Shown here piece after piece: positions 24,988 to 32,437 of a stretch of 37,716 bases of DNA. The position numbers and the translations under genes are program-made. The notes beneath the pieces were generated by a model. It ran no database searches. It was given only the letters and a program-made list of their open reading frames with translations, and had not been told where the DNA came from. Numbering within the stretch: the stretch's first letter is position 1; every line of letters starts with the position of its first letter. The DNA comes from a virus. The stretch lies in IMG/VR virus record IMGVR_UViG_3300045988_027439, one strand, 5' to 3'.

Positions 24988-25185
24988 TTATTTGTATTCG
25001 GATTCAAACAGGTCGGTGATTTTAACGCCTAATGCAATCGCTATCATTTCAAGTTGAAACAATGTCGGCGACACCTTACCGTTTTCGATGTTGTTTATCG
25101 TAGACTTTCCGATTCCGGATTTCTTCGATAGATCCATCAATGTGAACCCTTTTGAGGTTCTCATTTCCCAAACGAGAATTTTCAT
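24988..25185 (-). CDS. Small XRE-family HTH protein (65 aa; Cro-like or int/xis regulator)
   Basis: ATG at 25185, 6 nt after AAGGAGGTG. MKILVWEMRTSKGFTLMDLSKKSGIGKSTINNIENGKVSP. The track's 128-aa form lacks an RBS. Confidence 0.75.
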   Translation of the reverse strand: MKILVWEMRTSKGFTLMDLSKKSGIGKSTINNIENGKVSPTLFQLEMIAIALGVKITDLFESEYK

Positions 25186-25433
25186 CCTGCTCACCTCCTT
25201 TCTCAAGGAAAGTGTACAGATAGAAAAATCCCGCTCGAAATCAACGGTTGTTTCGCTAACTGCAATAAAAAAAGACGACCCACGCTGCAACGTGAATCGC
25301 CTTTGTGAAACTTCCGTCTCATGCTTCTGCAAAAGGCACTTGATAGATAGTTCCTGCAAACACCATTCTATCATAAAACCGTGCTTTTTGCATTGGTTTT
25401 ATTTTTTATACTCTTTTTTAGGATGGTGATTTT

Positions 25434-26486
25434 ATGAAACTACCGAACGGATTCGGAACGGTTTACAAACTTTCGGGAAATCGCCGGAATCCTTATGTTG
25501 CCAAAAAGACAAAAGGATGGGAAATTGACCCGAAAACAGGTAAATCAAAACAATTATATACGGTCGTCGGATATTACCCGACCCGTAAAGAGGCATTGAC
25601 CGCACTTGCGGAGTTCAATGCAAATCCTTATGATGTGGATGCTGCAAAAGTCACATTCGAGGATGTATATGAGCGATGGTCTGATGAACATTTTCCGACC
25701 GTCAGTGATTCCAACGTCAAGGGTTATCGTGCAGCATGGGCGTTGTGTGATAAACTTGCACATATGCGTTTTGTTGATGTAAAGCTCGATCACCTGCAAA
25801 TGATTGTCGATGAATCCGGCAAAAATTATCCGACGCTCCGGAAATTGAAAGTCCTGCTCGGTCTGATGTATAAATACGCCGTGATTCATGAGATTATTCC
25901 AAAAGAACGGAATCTCGTTGAATACCTCGACATCAAAAAGGCAGGAAACCCGAACGCATACAACCGGAAACCTTTTTCAAAGACAGAGGTCAAAAAGATA
26001 TGGGATGTCAAGGATTCAAATATATATTATACTGTCATCCTCATGCTGTTATATACCGGATGCAGAATCGGCGAACTCCTCGACCTCAAGAAAGAAAATG
26101 TGAACCTTGAGGAAAGATATTTCAAGATTGTCGCCTCAAAAACTGCTGCCGGAATCCGTACCGCTCCAATCTCCGAAAAGGTTTATCCGTTCTTTGAATA
26201 CTGGTACAACCTCAATGATTGTGAATATCTCCTCTCTACTCCGGATGGTGAGCATTTCAAATACCGGAATTATTATGATTCGTACTGGTCGCCACTTATT
26301 GAGACCCTCGGAATGAAACACCGCCCTCACGATACCCGTCACACATGTATTTCTATGTTGACGGTTGCCGGAGTGTCAGACAAGGTCATCAAGAAAATTG
26401 TCGGTCATAAAGGACAGGGCGTGACAGAGGTCGTATATACGCATTTTGAAATCGAGGAACTGATTGATGCTATCAACAAAATATAG
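25434..26486 (+). CDS. int: Tyrosine integrase (with N-terminal arm-type DNA-binding domain)
   Basis: Catalytic region CRIGELLDL...HRPHDTRHTCISML...VGHKGQGVTEVVYTH (R..HxxR..Y). N-terminal GTVYKLSGNRRNPYVAKK is AP2-like. Confidence 0.92.
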   Translation: MKLPNGFGTVYKLSGNRRNPYVAKKTKGWEIDPKTGKSKQLYTVVGYYPTRKEALTALAEFNANPYDVDAAKVTFEDVYERWSDEHFPTVSDSNVKGYRAAWALCDKLAHMRFVDVKLDHLQMIVDESGKNYPTLRKLKVLLGLMYKYAVIHEIIPKERNLVEYLDIKKAGNPNAYNRKPFSKTEVKKIWDVKDSNIYYTVILMLLYTGCRIGELLDLKKENVNLEERYFKIVASKTAAGIRTAPISEKVYPFFEYWYNLNDCEYLLSTPDGEHFKYRNYYDSYWSPLIETLGMKHRPHDTRHTCISMLTVAGVSDKVIKKIVGHKGQGVTEVVYTHFEIEELIDAINKI

Positions 26487-26495
26487 AGGTGTGCC

Positions 26496-26834
26496 ATGAA
26501 TAGAACTGAATATAAAAACAATTTCGGGCGTGAGCATTACGAACGAATCAATCTCGTTGTACCTAAAGGCATGAAAGACATCATCAAGGCTCTTGCATCC
26601 AGTAAAGGAATGTCGGTCAATGCGTACATGCAAGACCTTGTCAGAAAAGACCAATGCGGTTTATTTGATACAATGCAGATTGCAGAAAAGAACAGAGAAA
26701 TGATTTCCGGAATCACCGGAAACATGCACGACGGATATGACATCATTTTCAAGGACGGTCATTCCTGCCATTGCAGGACGAAAAAGGATGTCCGGTCATG
26801 TATCATTGAATACTGCAACGAAAAGGGCGATTGA
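26496..26834 (+). CDS. Ribbon-helix-helix (Arc/CopG-like) protein
   Basis: YERINLVVPKGMKDIIKALASSKGMSVNAYMQDLV fits the RHH strand-helix-helix pattern. The C-terminal half is unknown. Confidence 0.55.
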   Translation: MNRTEYKNNFGREHYERINLVVPKGMKDIIKALASSKGMSVNAYMQDLVRKDQCGLFDTMQIAEKNREMISGITGNMHDGYDIIFKDGHSCHCRTKKDVRSCIIEYCNEKGD

Positions 26835-26848
26835 ATCGTCCTTTTTTA
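26823..26848 (+). terminator. Intrinsic terminator after the int-RHH operon
   Basis: AAGGGCGA-ttgaa-TCGTCCTT followed by TTTTATT. Confidence 0.55.
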
Positions 26849-26861
26849 TTGCAAAAAATGT

Positions 26862-26938
26862 GTCTTACATAAGACTTGCAATGTCTTACACAAGACAGCA
26901 TTTCCCGTGTTAGTTACCTGTTAGTTATGTGTTAGTTA
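26862..26938. promoter_or_regulatory. Putative attP arm-site repeats
   Basis: GTCTTACA(T/C)AAGAC occurs twice (26862..26875 and 26883..26896; 21-bp period, each internally palindromic). TGTTAGTTA occurs three times (26908, 26919, 26930; 11-bp period). A related GTTACCTGT lies at about 27109. Confidence 0.5.
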
Positions 26939-26997
26939 CCGTTGAAATTTCGTGTGTTTTTGTGGTGTCTGATAGATTTATCGGAATATAAAGAAAT

Positions 26998-27022
26998 CCC
27001 CGAAAACTCGATGTTTTCGGGG
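26998..27022. terminator. Perfect 10-bp hairpin, probable bidirectional terminator between the lysis and lysogeny modules
   Basis: CCCCGAAAAC-tcgat-GTTTTCGGGG. The minus sense is followed by ATTTCTTTATATT. Confidence 0.55.
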
Positions 27023-27162
27023 AAAATTGTTCTTTCTGATATTCGGTTTGAATTATCTCTTGCATAACTCCGAACGCCTATTTTTGGGCATTTTTCAAGC
27101 ATTTGTTCGTTACCTGTGTTTTACACATAAAACCCCGTCTTGTTTCCCGTTGTTTTATTATA

Positions 27163-27843
27163 TCATAACTGCTCGAATTGTACATGCTCTGATTCTCCGG
27201 AGAGGTAAAGGTCGCCGATTGTTCTGACCATCTTCTTTCCGTCCACAACATGAATCTCTTTCACATAATATGACTGTCCTCTGATAGCACGACCGCAGAT
27301 GTTATCATTGCCCCACGCTGCTGAACGTCTGATGTTGAGTGAACCATCGCAAACGACAGTCACTCTCATTTTGCCCTGCGGGATAATAACTTTGTCCTCC
27401 GGCTCGTCCTCTGATGTATCGTCCGGCTCTGTATTTGCCCCATTTTCGCCGTTTTCCTGTTCGGTCGGTGGATTTGTTACCTCGCCCCCGTTTGAGGCGC
27501 TCTTGTCATCCTCTGCGTTCTCCTGTGTGTATTTCTGTTCATTGTCTCCTGTGGCAAGTTCGCTCACATCGTCATTGACTGTCGTCATTTCTTTGAGTGT
27601 CTCTGCGTCTACTGTTCCGGTCTTTTTTCCGTCTGCATCATATGTGTTGACACTGCCGTCCGGATTTGTCTGCAACGCCCCCTCCGGAACATCATCCGTG
27701 AGCGAACCGATGACCTTTCCTGTTTCATCCCAAACAATGAGGCTCTCGTCCTTTGCTGCTGCCTTGAGTGCTGCATCAAGTTTCTTGTACTCTTTGCAGT
27801 CCTCTTTCTTAAACTTTGTTCCTTTGCCTAAATAGTATAACAT
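27163..27843 (-). CDS. Hypothetical protein with an acidic low-complexity linker and a C-terminal SH3b-like domain
   Basis: 226 aa. C-terminal MRVTVVCDGSLNIRRSAAWGNDNICGRAIRGQSYYVKEIHVVDGKKMVR resembles a bacterial SH3 domain. It is the last gene of the minus-strand operon. Confidence 0.55.
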   Translation of the reverse strand: MLYYLGKGTKFKKEDCKEYKKLDAALKAAAKDESLIVWDETGKVIGSLTDDVPEGALQTNPDGSVNTYDADGKKTGTVDAETLKEMTTVNDDVSELATGDNEQKYTQENAEDDKSASNGGEVTNPPTEQENGENGANTEPDDTSEDEPEDKVIIPQGKMRVTVVCDGSLNIRRSAAWGNDNICGRAIRGQSYYVKEIHVVDGKKMVRTIGDLYLSGESEHVQFEQL

Positions 27844-27857
27844 GATTATCCCTCCTG

Positions 27858-28691
27858 TTATCTTAAAATTCTATTGACTTCATTTTGAACTGCCTTTGCA
27901 TCATATCCCGCTGCTGTGAGGCGATTCGTTCTGTCGCTACCATTTCCCCATTTTCCGTTGATGACCTCTTTTGCCACTTCATTGATGCTTTTGCTCGGTG
28001 CTGATGTTTCTCCTTTTAAGATTCTGTTGACTTCATTTTGAACCGCCTTTGCATCATATCCCGCTGCTGTGAGGCGATTCGTTCTGTCGCTACCATTTCC
28101 CCATTTTCCGTTGACGACCTCTTTTGCCACTTCATTGATGCTTTTGCTCGGTGCTGATGTTTCGGACGCTTTTGAACCTGTTGTCAGATTTGTCGCAACG
28201 TGAGCGTTGTCGTTGAGGAGAATATCTCCCTCAAGCAAATACGCATCCGATGTCAGATATTTGCTATCTGTCAACACCTCGAATCCTGCTGCCTTGAGAC
28301 CCGCTCTCATGTTTCCGGTATAGAGATAAATGCTCACATTCTTCATTTTCTCATTTCCCAGTCTGTAGCCTGCACCCTTTACGATTGCAGCGACACCGGA
28401 TGAACAATCTGCCTCACACGCAATCGTGATTTGTGCAGGGTCGTAATTTGATGCCTTGAGATGCTCCCAAAATGTGTATCTCTCTGACTGGTCATATCCG
28501 ATTTTGTCATTGACCGCTGCTGCCTTTGCCATGCTTGCGATCATTTTTCTAACCTTTGCATCCGGATGACGGAGTACACATTTCCACGGGCGATTATACC
28601 AGTTTATAACCCGCCACTCTGTTCTCGTCTGGTCTCCCGCCTTTCCTCCGCTGTATCTGTTGTTTTCATCATGTCCACAATTTGAAATCAT
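27858..28691 (-). CDS. Endolysin: N-terminal peptidoglycan hydrolase domain + two CW_7 cell-wall-binding repeats
   Basis: The C-terminus has two copies of SINEVAKEV(V/I)NGKWGNGSDRTNRLTAAGYDAKAVQNEVNRIL (Cpl-7-type CW_7). The N-terminal CGHDENNRYSGGKAGDQT motif occurs in phage lysins, but I cannot assign the exact catalytic class. Confidence 0.8.
   Translation of the reverse strand: MISNCGHDENNRYSGGKAGDQTRTEWRVINWYNRPWKCVLRHPDAKVRKMIASMAKAAAVNDKIGYDQSERYTFWEHLKASNYDPAQITIACEADCSSGVAAIVKGAGYRLGNEKMKNVSIYLYTGNMRAGLKAAGFEVLTDSKYLTSDAYLLEGDILLNDNAHVATNLTTGSKASETSAPSKSINEVAKEVVNGKWGNGSDRTNRLTAAGYDAKAVQNEVNRILKGETSAPSKSINEVAKEVINGKWGNGSDRTNRLTAAGYDAKAVQNEVNRILR
27861..28142 (-). repeat. Near-identical tandem 144-bp repeat encoding the two CW_7 modules
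   Basis: Units at 27861..27998 and 28005..28142. The DNA is almost identical by eye (a few substitutions, one giving V/I). Confidence 0.85.
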
Positions 28692-29020
28692 TTGTTTTCC
28701 TCCTTGTCAAATTCATCTGCTGTGAATCCGCATAATTCCGGATTCTTTTCCTGTATTTTGTCATATAGCATCAAGCATCCGACGATCAACGGTGTCCCCC
28801 ACCACATCAACGCAGCGGGTATCGAAAGAATAAATCCGCACACCCTTGTCACCGCTTTTCCGAATCTCGCCTCGTCCGTGTCGATATAACAATCACCGCA
28901 TTTCCTCATTTCCTCCCGCATCTCTTTGTCTAAATCAAAAGAGATTTTCCAAAAGAAAATATTGACTGCTGCAAATACGGCAACCGCCATGATTGCATAT
29001 ATCAACACAAGCATCTGCAT
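28688..29020 (-). CDS. Small multi-pass membrane protein (holin/antiholin candidate)
   Basis: Start taken at MQMLVLIYAIMAVAVFAAVNIFFW (29020). A second hydrophobic segment is GFILSIPAALMWWGTPLIVGCLML. ATGA-type overlap with the endolysin start. Confidence 0.5.
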   Translation of the reverse strand: MQMLVLIYAIMAVAVFAAVNIFFWKISFDLDKEMREEMRKCGDCYIDTDEARFGKAVTRVCGFILSIPAALMWWGTPLIVGCLMLYDKIQEKNPELCGFTADEFDKEENK

Positions 29021-29036
29021 ATTTCCGATCACGAAA

Positions 29037-29411
29037 TTACATAGCTTTTTCACCGACCTCACCTGCCTCACCGTTCACGAGTTCCTGCATAGCTTTGTTG
29101 CTCTCAAGCATTTTTTTCATTTTCTCAAGTGCTTCATCAACCATCATTGAAAAAGCCTCGAACGAGATCACCCTTGCAAGCCATGCGAACCGTGCAACGA
29201 ACATATCATATACATATCGCAGCTTGATTTGACCTGTACCGCCTCCCATTTCCTTTTCTGCTTTTGTGACTGCATAAAGCAACCATTCTCTCACTTTGTT
29301 CAGCTGCTTGTCTGACGGCATTTTCACGAAAACATATACCGCATATCCTCCCGCTGCCAATACCGCAATCAGACCCACAATCACGAACCAATTCTCGACG
29401 ATGTATTTCAT
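29037..29411 (-). CDS. Holin, LL-H-family-like
   Basis: N-terminal transmembrane segment WFVIVGLIAVLAAGGYAVYVFV, then ...AEKEMGGGTGQIKLRYVYDMFVARF..., which resembles LL-H holins. Confidence 0.55.
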   Translation of the reverse strand: MKYIVENWFVIVGLIAVLAAGGYAVYVFVKMPSDKQLNKVREWLLYAVTKAEKEMGGGTGQIKLRYVYDMFVARFAWLARVISFEAFSMMVDEALEKMKKMLESNKAMQELVNGEAGEVGEKAM

Positions 29412-29761
29412 CCTTGTACCTCCTCGTCATTCTGCTCCGGTTCATCATTGTGTTGTATTTCTCCGTTCGGCTTTGTTCCCTTGACCGTTTTCACGGACTT
29501 AATGAGTGCCATTGCCCCGCCCTCAACTGAAAGAAATCTGAATACATTCTCAATCAGTGTCGACGGCTCTGAACCCATCCGTAAAAACACAAATATCATC
29601 ACGACTGTAAAGATAAATGCTGCAAGAATCAAAGTGAATACAACACGTTTCATGAACAGACCGGGCACCTTTTTGTCATGTCTCTCTTTTCGCTCTCTTA
29701 TCCGATGCATTCTTTTCAGATGCCGGATTCTGATGCGTCGTTCCTGTTCTGTCATTCTCAT
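29408..29761 (-). CDS. Membrane protein (basic N-terminus, one transmembrane segment)
   Basis: 117 aa. Transmembrane segment VVFTLILAAFIFTVVMIFVFL. In the lysis cassette. Confidence 0.5.
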   Translation of the reverse strand: MRMTEQERRIRIRHLKRMHRIRERKERHDKKVPGLFMKRVVFTLILAAFIFTVVMIFVFLRMGSEPSTLIENVFRFLSVEGGAMALIKSVKTVKGTKPNGEIQHNDEPEQNDEEVQG

Positions 29762-29812
29762 GTATTGCCTCTTTTCTGTGAGGTTGATTCTTGCCCGTTT
29801 CCTGCCCTCCTG

Positions 29813-30124
29813 TTATCGGTCGGAATGCTGTTCTCCGTCCAGTCTCTTGTGATAACTCTTGAGTGACTGTTCCACAATGACAACACGCTCTCTCAATGTT
29901 TTCATCTCCTCACGGTTCTCTCTCGATTCCCGTTTGATGTCTTTGAGGTCGTCTGCGATGTTCTCAAGTTTCACCATCACCATTGTGTCGGTTGTTGCTC
30001 TCTGTTCCGTCTCTTCCTGCGTGTCTTTCTTCTCATTTCTCTGCTTTGAGCAGATTCCGAAAAAGATTGCACATGCAACAGATACTCCGGAGAGCAACAG
30101 GGATATTTCAATCGTCAACGGCAT
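29813..30124 (-). CDS. Membrane protein with an N-terminal transmembrane segment and coiled coil
   Basis: Start at ATG 30124 or TTG 30118. MPLTIEISLLLSGVSVACAIFFGIC, followed by a heptad-rich region. Confidence 0.5.
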   Translation of the reverse strand: MPLTIEISLLLSGVSVACAIFFGICSKQRNEKKDTQEETEQRATTDTMVMVKLENIADDLKDIKRESRENREEMKTLRERVVIVEQSLKSYHKRLDGEQHSDR

Positions 30125-30353
30125 TCTCCTTTCTGAACTCTGTCGCCTCGATGTCGTCGTTGTCGCAATATTTCCGCATGTGGTATTCGAGAACATCCAT
30201 CTCCTTGTCTGCCCCCTCTACCTCATGCCGGAGTTCTGCTCTGACCTCCTCTTCGATTTTCGACTGTTCAATGATTGTTTGCTGCTTTTTCACGATTGCT
30301 GATAGATTTTCCGTCACATCACACAATCGTGATATTATTTCAAGCGGACTCAT
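30108..30353 (-). CDS. Hypothetical protein (81 aa)
   Basis: ATGA-coupled to the XkdX-like ORF. No motif recognised. Confidence 0.5.
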   Translation of the reverse strand: MSPLEIISRLCDVTENLSAIVKKQQTIIEQSKIEEEVRAELRHEVEGADKEMDVLEYHMRKYCDNDDIEATEFRKENAVDD

Positions 30354-30502
30354 TCTGCATCACCGCCGGAGAATTTTTCTCCTGTGATGTATTCATATTC
30401 ATCTGCTGAAATACTGCCCTTTGCGACACGCTCGGAAATCTGTTTCTTTGTGAGAGTGCCTTTTTTGTACATTCTTTTGAGACTTTCAACAAGCATTTTC
30501 AT
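30350..30502 (-). CDS. XkdX-family small phage protein (50 aa), not on the ORF track
   Basis: MKMLVESLKRMYKKGTLTKKQISERVAKGSISADEYEYITGEKFSGGDAE. The ...KG.I...EYE.ITGE.. signature is typical of XkdX. Confidence 0.65.
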   Translation of the reverse strand: MKMLVESLKRMYKKGTLTKKQISERVAKGSISADEYEYITGEKFSGGDAE

Positions 30503-30503
30503 A

Positions 30504-30830
30504 CTAAATCAACCCCTCCTCAATCAACTGCTGTGTGTATTCGTCTATGACTGCATCTTTCTGAAACTGTGTCACTGATTCGACGATTCCGGATGTGTTC
30601 TCCTCAACGACTGACTTCATGAGTGTCATGTTCTCATATTCCTTGACTGTCATTTCTTTCTCGTCGTACTGCCATTCGGTCACTGTCTGCATCTTTCCGT
30701 CGCTGCCCTCAACCTCTCTTGTCACCTGTTCGATGTTCTTACGCAGGTAAACCGTTGACGGCGACGATGTCCTGTCGACCTCCTCCGGCTTGTCCGACTG
30801 TGTTCCTGTCACCTTTTTCCAGTCTGTCAT
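30504..30830 (-). CDS. Hypothetical protein (108 aa) preceding XkdX
   Basis: GGAG lies 7 nt upstream. The 5' end overlaps the RT ORF by 92 nt in another frame. Confidence 0.55.
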   Translation of the reverse strand: MTDWKKVTGTQSDKPEEVDRTSSPSTVYLRKNIEQVTREVEGSDGKMQTVTEWQYDEKEMTVKEYENMTLMKSVVEENTSGIVESVTQFQKDAVIDEYTQQLIEEGLI

Positions 30831-32124
30831 GTTCGTTCTCCTTTCTGCTATGCTTTGAAACTATCCTCTTGAGTTTCTTAACATTGATTTTTGGTTTGAT
30901 GTAATCAATGTAATAGTTGTATGTGTCCGTGTGTTTGAACAATCCCATATATGACAACATCACCGATGCGTTATACCATGAGATTTTATTCTGCTTTGAG
31001 ATATGGTTTGTCTTACGTCTCGCAGCCTCAATGTTTGATTTCCGGATGGTTGTCCTGTCATGGTGAAATTGAAATCCCATAAAATCAAGCATACGACCCT
31101 TTGTGACCTGCTTTCCGTCTTTATCAAGTACCGGATTCCCGCCTTTATCAAATACCGGATATTCAAATCTAAACACCTGCCAATCGCCTTTTATTTCAAG
31201 GTCGAGGTTGTCATTCAGATATGTTTCAATTGCTGCATGTATTTTGTGTAGTTTCTTTTTGCTCTTTCCCAGTATCACCATGTCGTCCATGTATCGCATG
31301 TAATGTTCTGCGCGGAGTTTCTCTTTGATGTAGTGGTCGAGTGCTTTCAAGTAAAAATTGCCGAACCATTGTGATGTGAAATATCCCAACGGAACGCCTT
31401 TTCGCATCTCCTCAATAATTTCTTTCAGTTCATCGAACATCGCTCCTGTGATGCCGATTTCCTGCAATATCTCCAACGCTCCGGAGATGTCGTCAAATGC
31501 TATGCATCCGACAAGCGTTTTCGTCTGCTCTGCATCTATCTCAACGCCTGCATCCGTCAAAATCTTTGCAACGAGTGCTATTTTGTCATGCTCAATCAGT
31601 ATGCAGAGTAATCTATAAAACCGTTTATCTCGAATTACCTCTTTGAGTTTCCTTTTGAGGATTCTCCGGTTTATGGATTCAAAGAAATGGTGAACATCCA
31701 TCTTGAGAACAAAGAATTTCTTTCCGTCGTAGGAATCAAGCCATTTTCTCATGTACTTCTTTCCGTAATGAACACCCCTGCCCGGAATGCTCCCGCATGA
31801 AAATTCATACAATCCATTCATCACAATCGGTTTGAACTGACCTATTGCACAATGATGAATAACCTGTTCATATTTGTAATGCGGTTTCAATATGCGGCGT
31901 GTTTTCTTGCTGCTGCTCTCGTTGATGATGCTCGGTTTGTGATAGTCCGGAATGAACAACTCCTCTGTCAACATCTTTTTCAAGAGTTCTGTGTGTTCAT
32001 CGAGGTTCTCTAATACCTCCCGCACATCATTCCTGTTCTTTTTCTTTTTGGATGCATTTATAAAACACTGTTTTATGTAGTCGTCTTGTAACATTGGTTC
32101 ATATAGGTTGTTGTAACTTCTCAT
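30739..32124 (-). CDS. Diversity-generating retroelement (DGR) reverse transcriptase
   Basis: RT motifs RRILKPHYKYEQVIHHC, SIPGRGVHYG, VLKMDVHHFFESI, GVPLGYFTSQWFGNFYL (the DGR-type TSQ motif) and YMRYMDDMVILG (YxDD). The TR lies 125 nt upstream. Confidence 0.9.
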   Translation of the reverse strand: MRSYNNLYEPMLQDDYIKQCFINASKKKKNRNDVREVLENLDEHTELLKKMLTEELFIPDYHKPSIINESSSKKTRRILKPHYKYEQVIHHCAIGQFKPIVMNGLYEFSCGSIPGRGVHYGKKYMRKWLDSYDGKKFFVLKMDVHHFFESINRRILKRKLKEVIRDKRFYRLLCILIEHDKIALVAKILTDAGVEIDAEQTKTLVGCIAFDDISGALEILQEIGITGAMFDELKEIIEEMRKGVPLGYFTSQWFGNFYLKALDHYIKEKLRAEHYMRYMDDMVILGKSKKKLHKIHAAIETYLNDNLDLEIKGDWQVFRFEYPVFDKGGNPVLDKDGKQVTKGRMLDFMGFQFHHDRTTIRKSNIEAARRKTNHISKQNKISWYNASVMLSYMGLFKHTDTYNYYIDYIKPKINVKKLKRIVSKHSRKENEHDRLEKGDRNTVGQAGGGRQDIVAVNGLPA

Positions 32125-32249
32125 ATAGTATTTTCTTATCTCCTATCGGTTTTTGTGCGGATGCTTACTCAACCGACCCTATATCCGGAATGATTTTCGC
32201 CTTGTGGCGTGGGATATAGGCTGCATTTGATTAAACGCTCCGATATGAG

Positions 32250-32367
32250 AAGAAATTGGACGCACCGATGTAACAGTTCGCAGCGCCCGCAGAAGTGCTC
32301 AAATTCAAGCAATCCGCACCGCAGTACTCGCCATTGATACAGCCACCGCCGACAAGGGCGACCGCAG
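32250..32367 (-). repeat. DGR template repeat (TR), 118 bp, non-coding
   Basis: Aligns without gaps to 32511..32628 (offset 261). Contains 16 adenines on the coding sense. Lies between the target stop (70 nt away) and the RT start (125 nt away). Confidence 0.9.
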
Positions 32368-32437
32368 GGAGCAGGAACACCGCCCGACACCGCACCCTAT
32401 ATCCCTATATTCATTTTTCTAAAAACGACCACACCGC

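Noticed and set aside
24762-25019. 85-aa plus-strand ORF between the two XRE genes
   Set aside because: It has no RBS, and its peptide merely reflects the twin 20-bp palindromes. I interpret the region as regulatory DNA.
26908-26938. Short regularly spaced repeats (TGTTAGTTA x3), considered as a possible CRISPR or iteron array
   Set aside because: The repeats are far too short (9 bp units with 2-bp spacers) and too few for a CRISPR array. Given their position beside int, arm-type integrase sites are more likely.
30739-30830. 92-nt overlap between the RT 3' end and the next gene, considered as a possible frameshift or fusion
   Set aside because: The downstream gene has its own GGAG RBS and ATG. 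The last ~30 RT codons look like unconserved read-through, and there is no slippery motif at the overlap.
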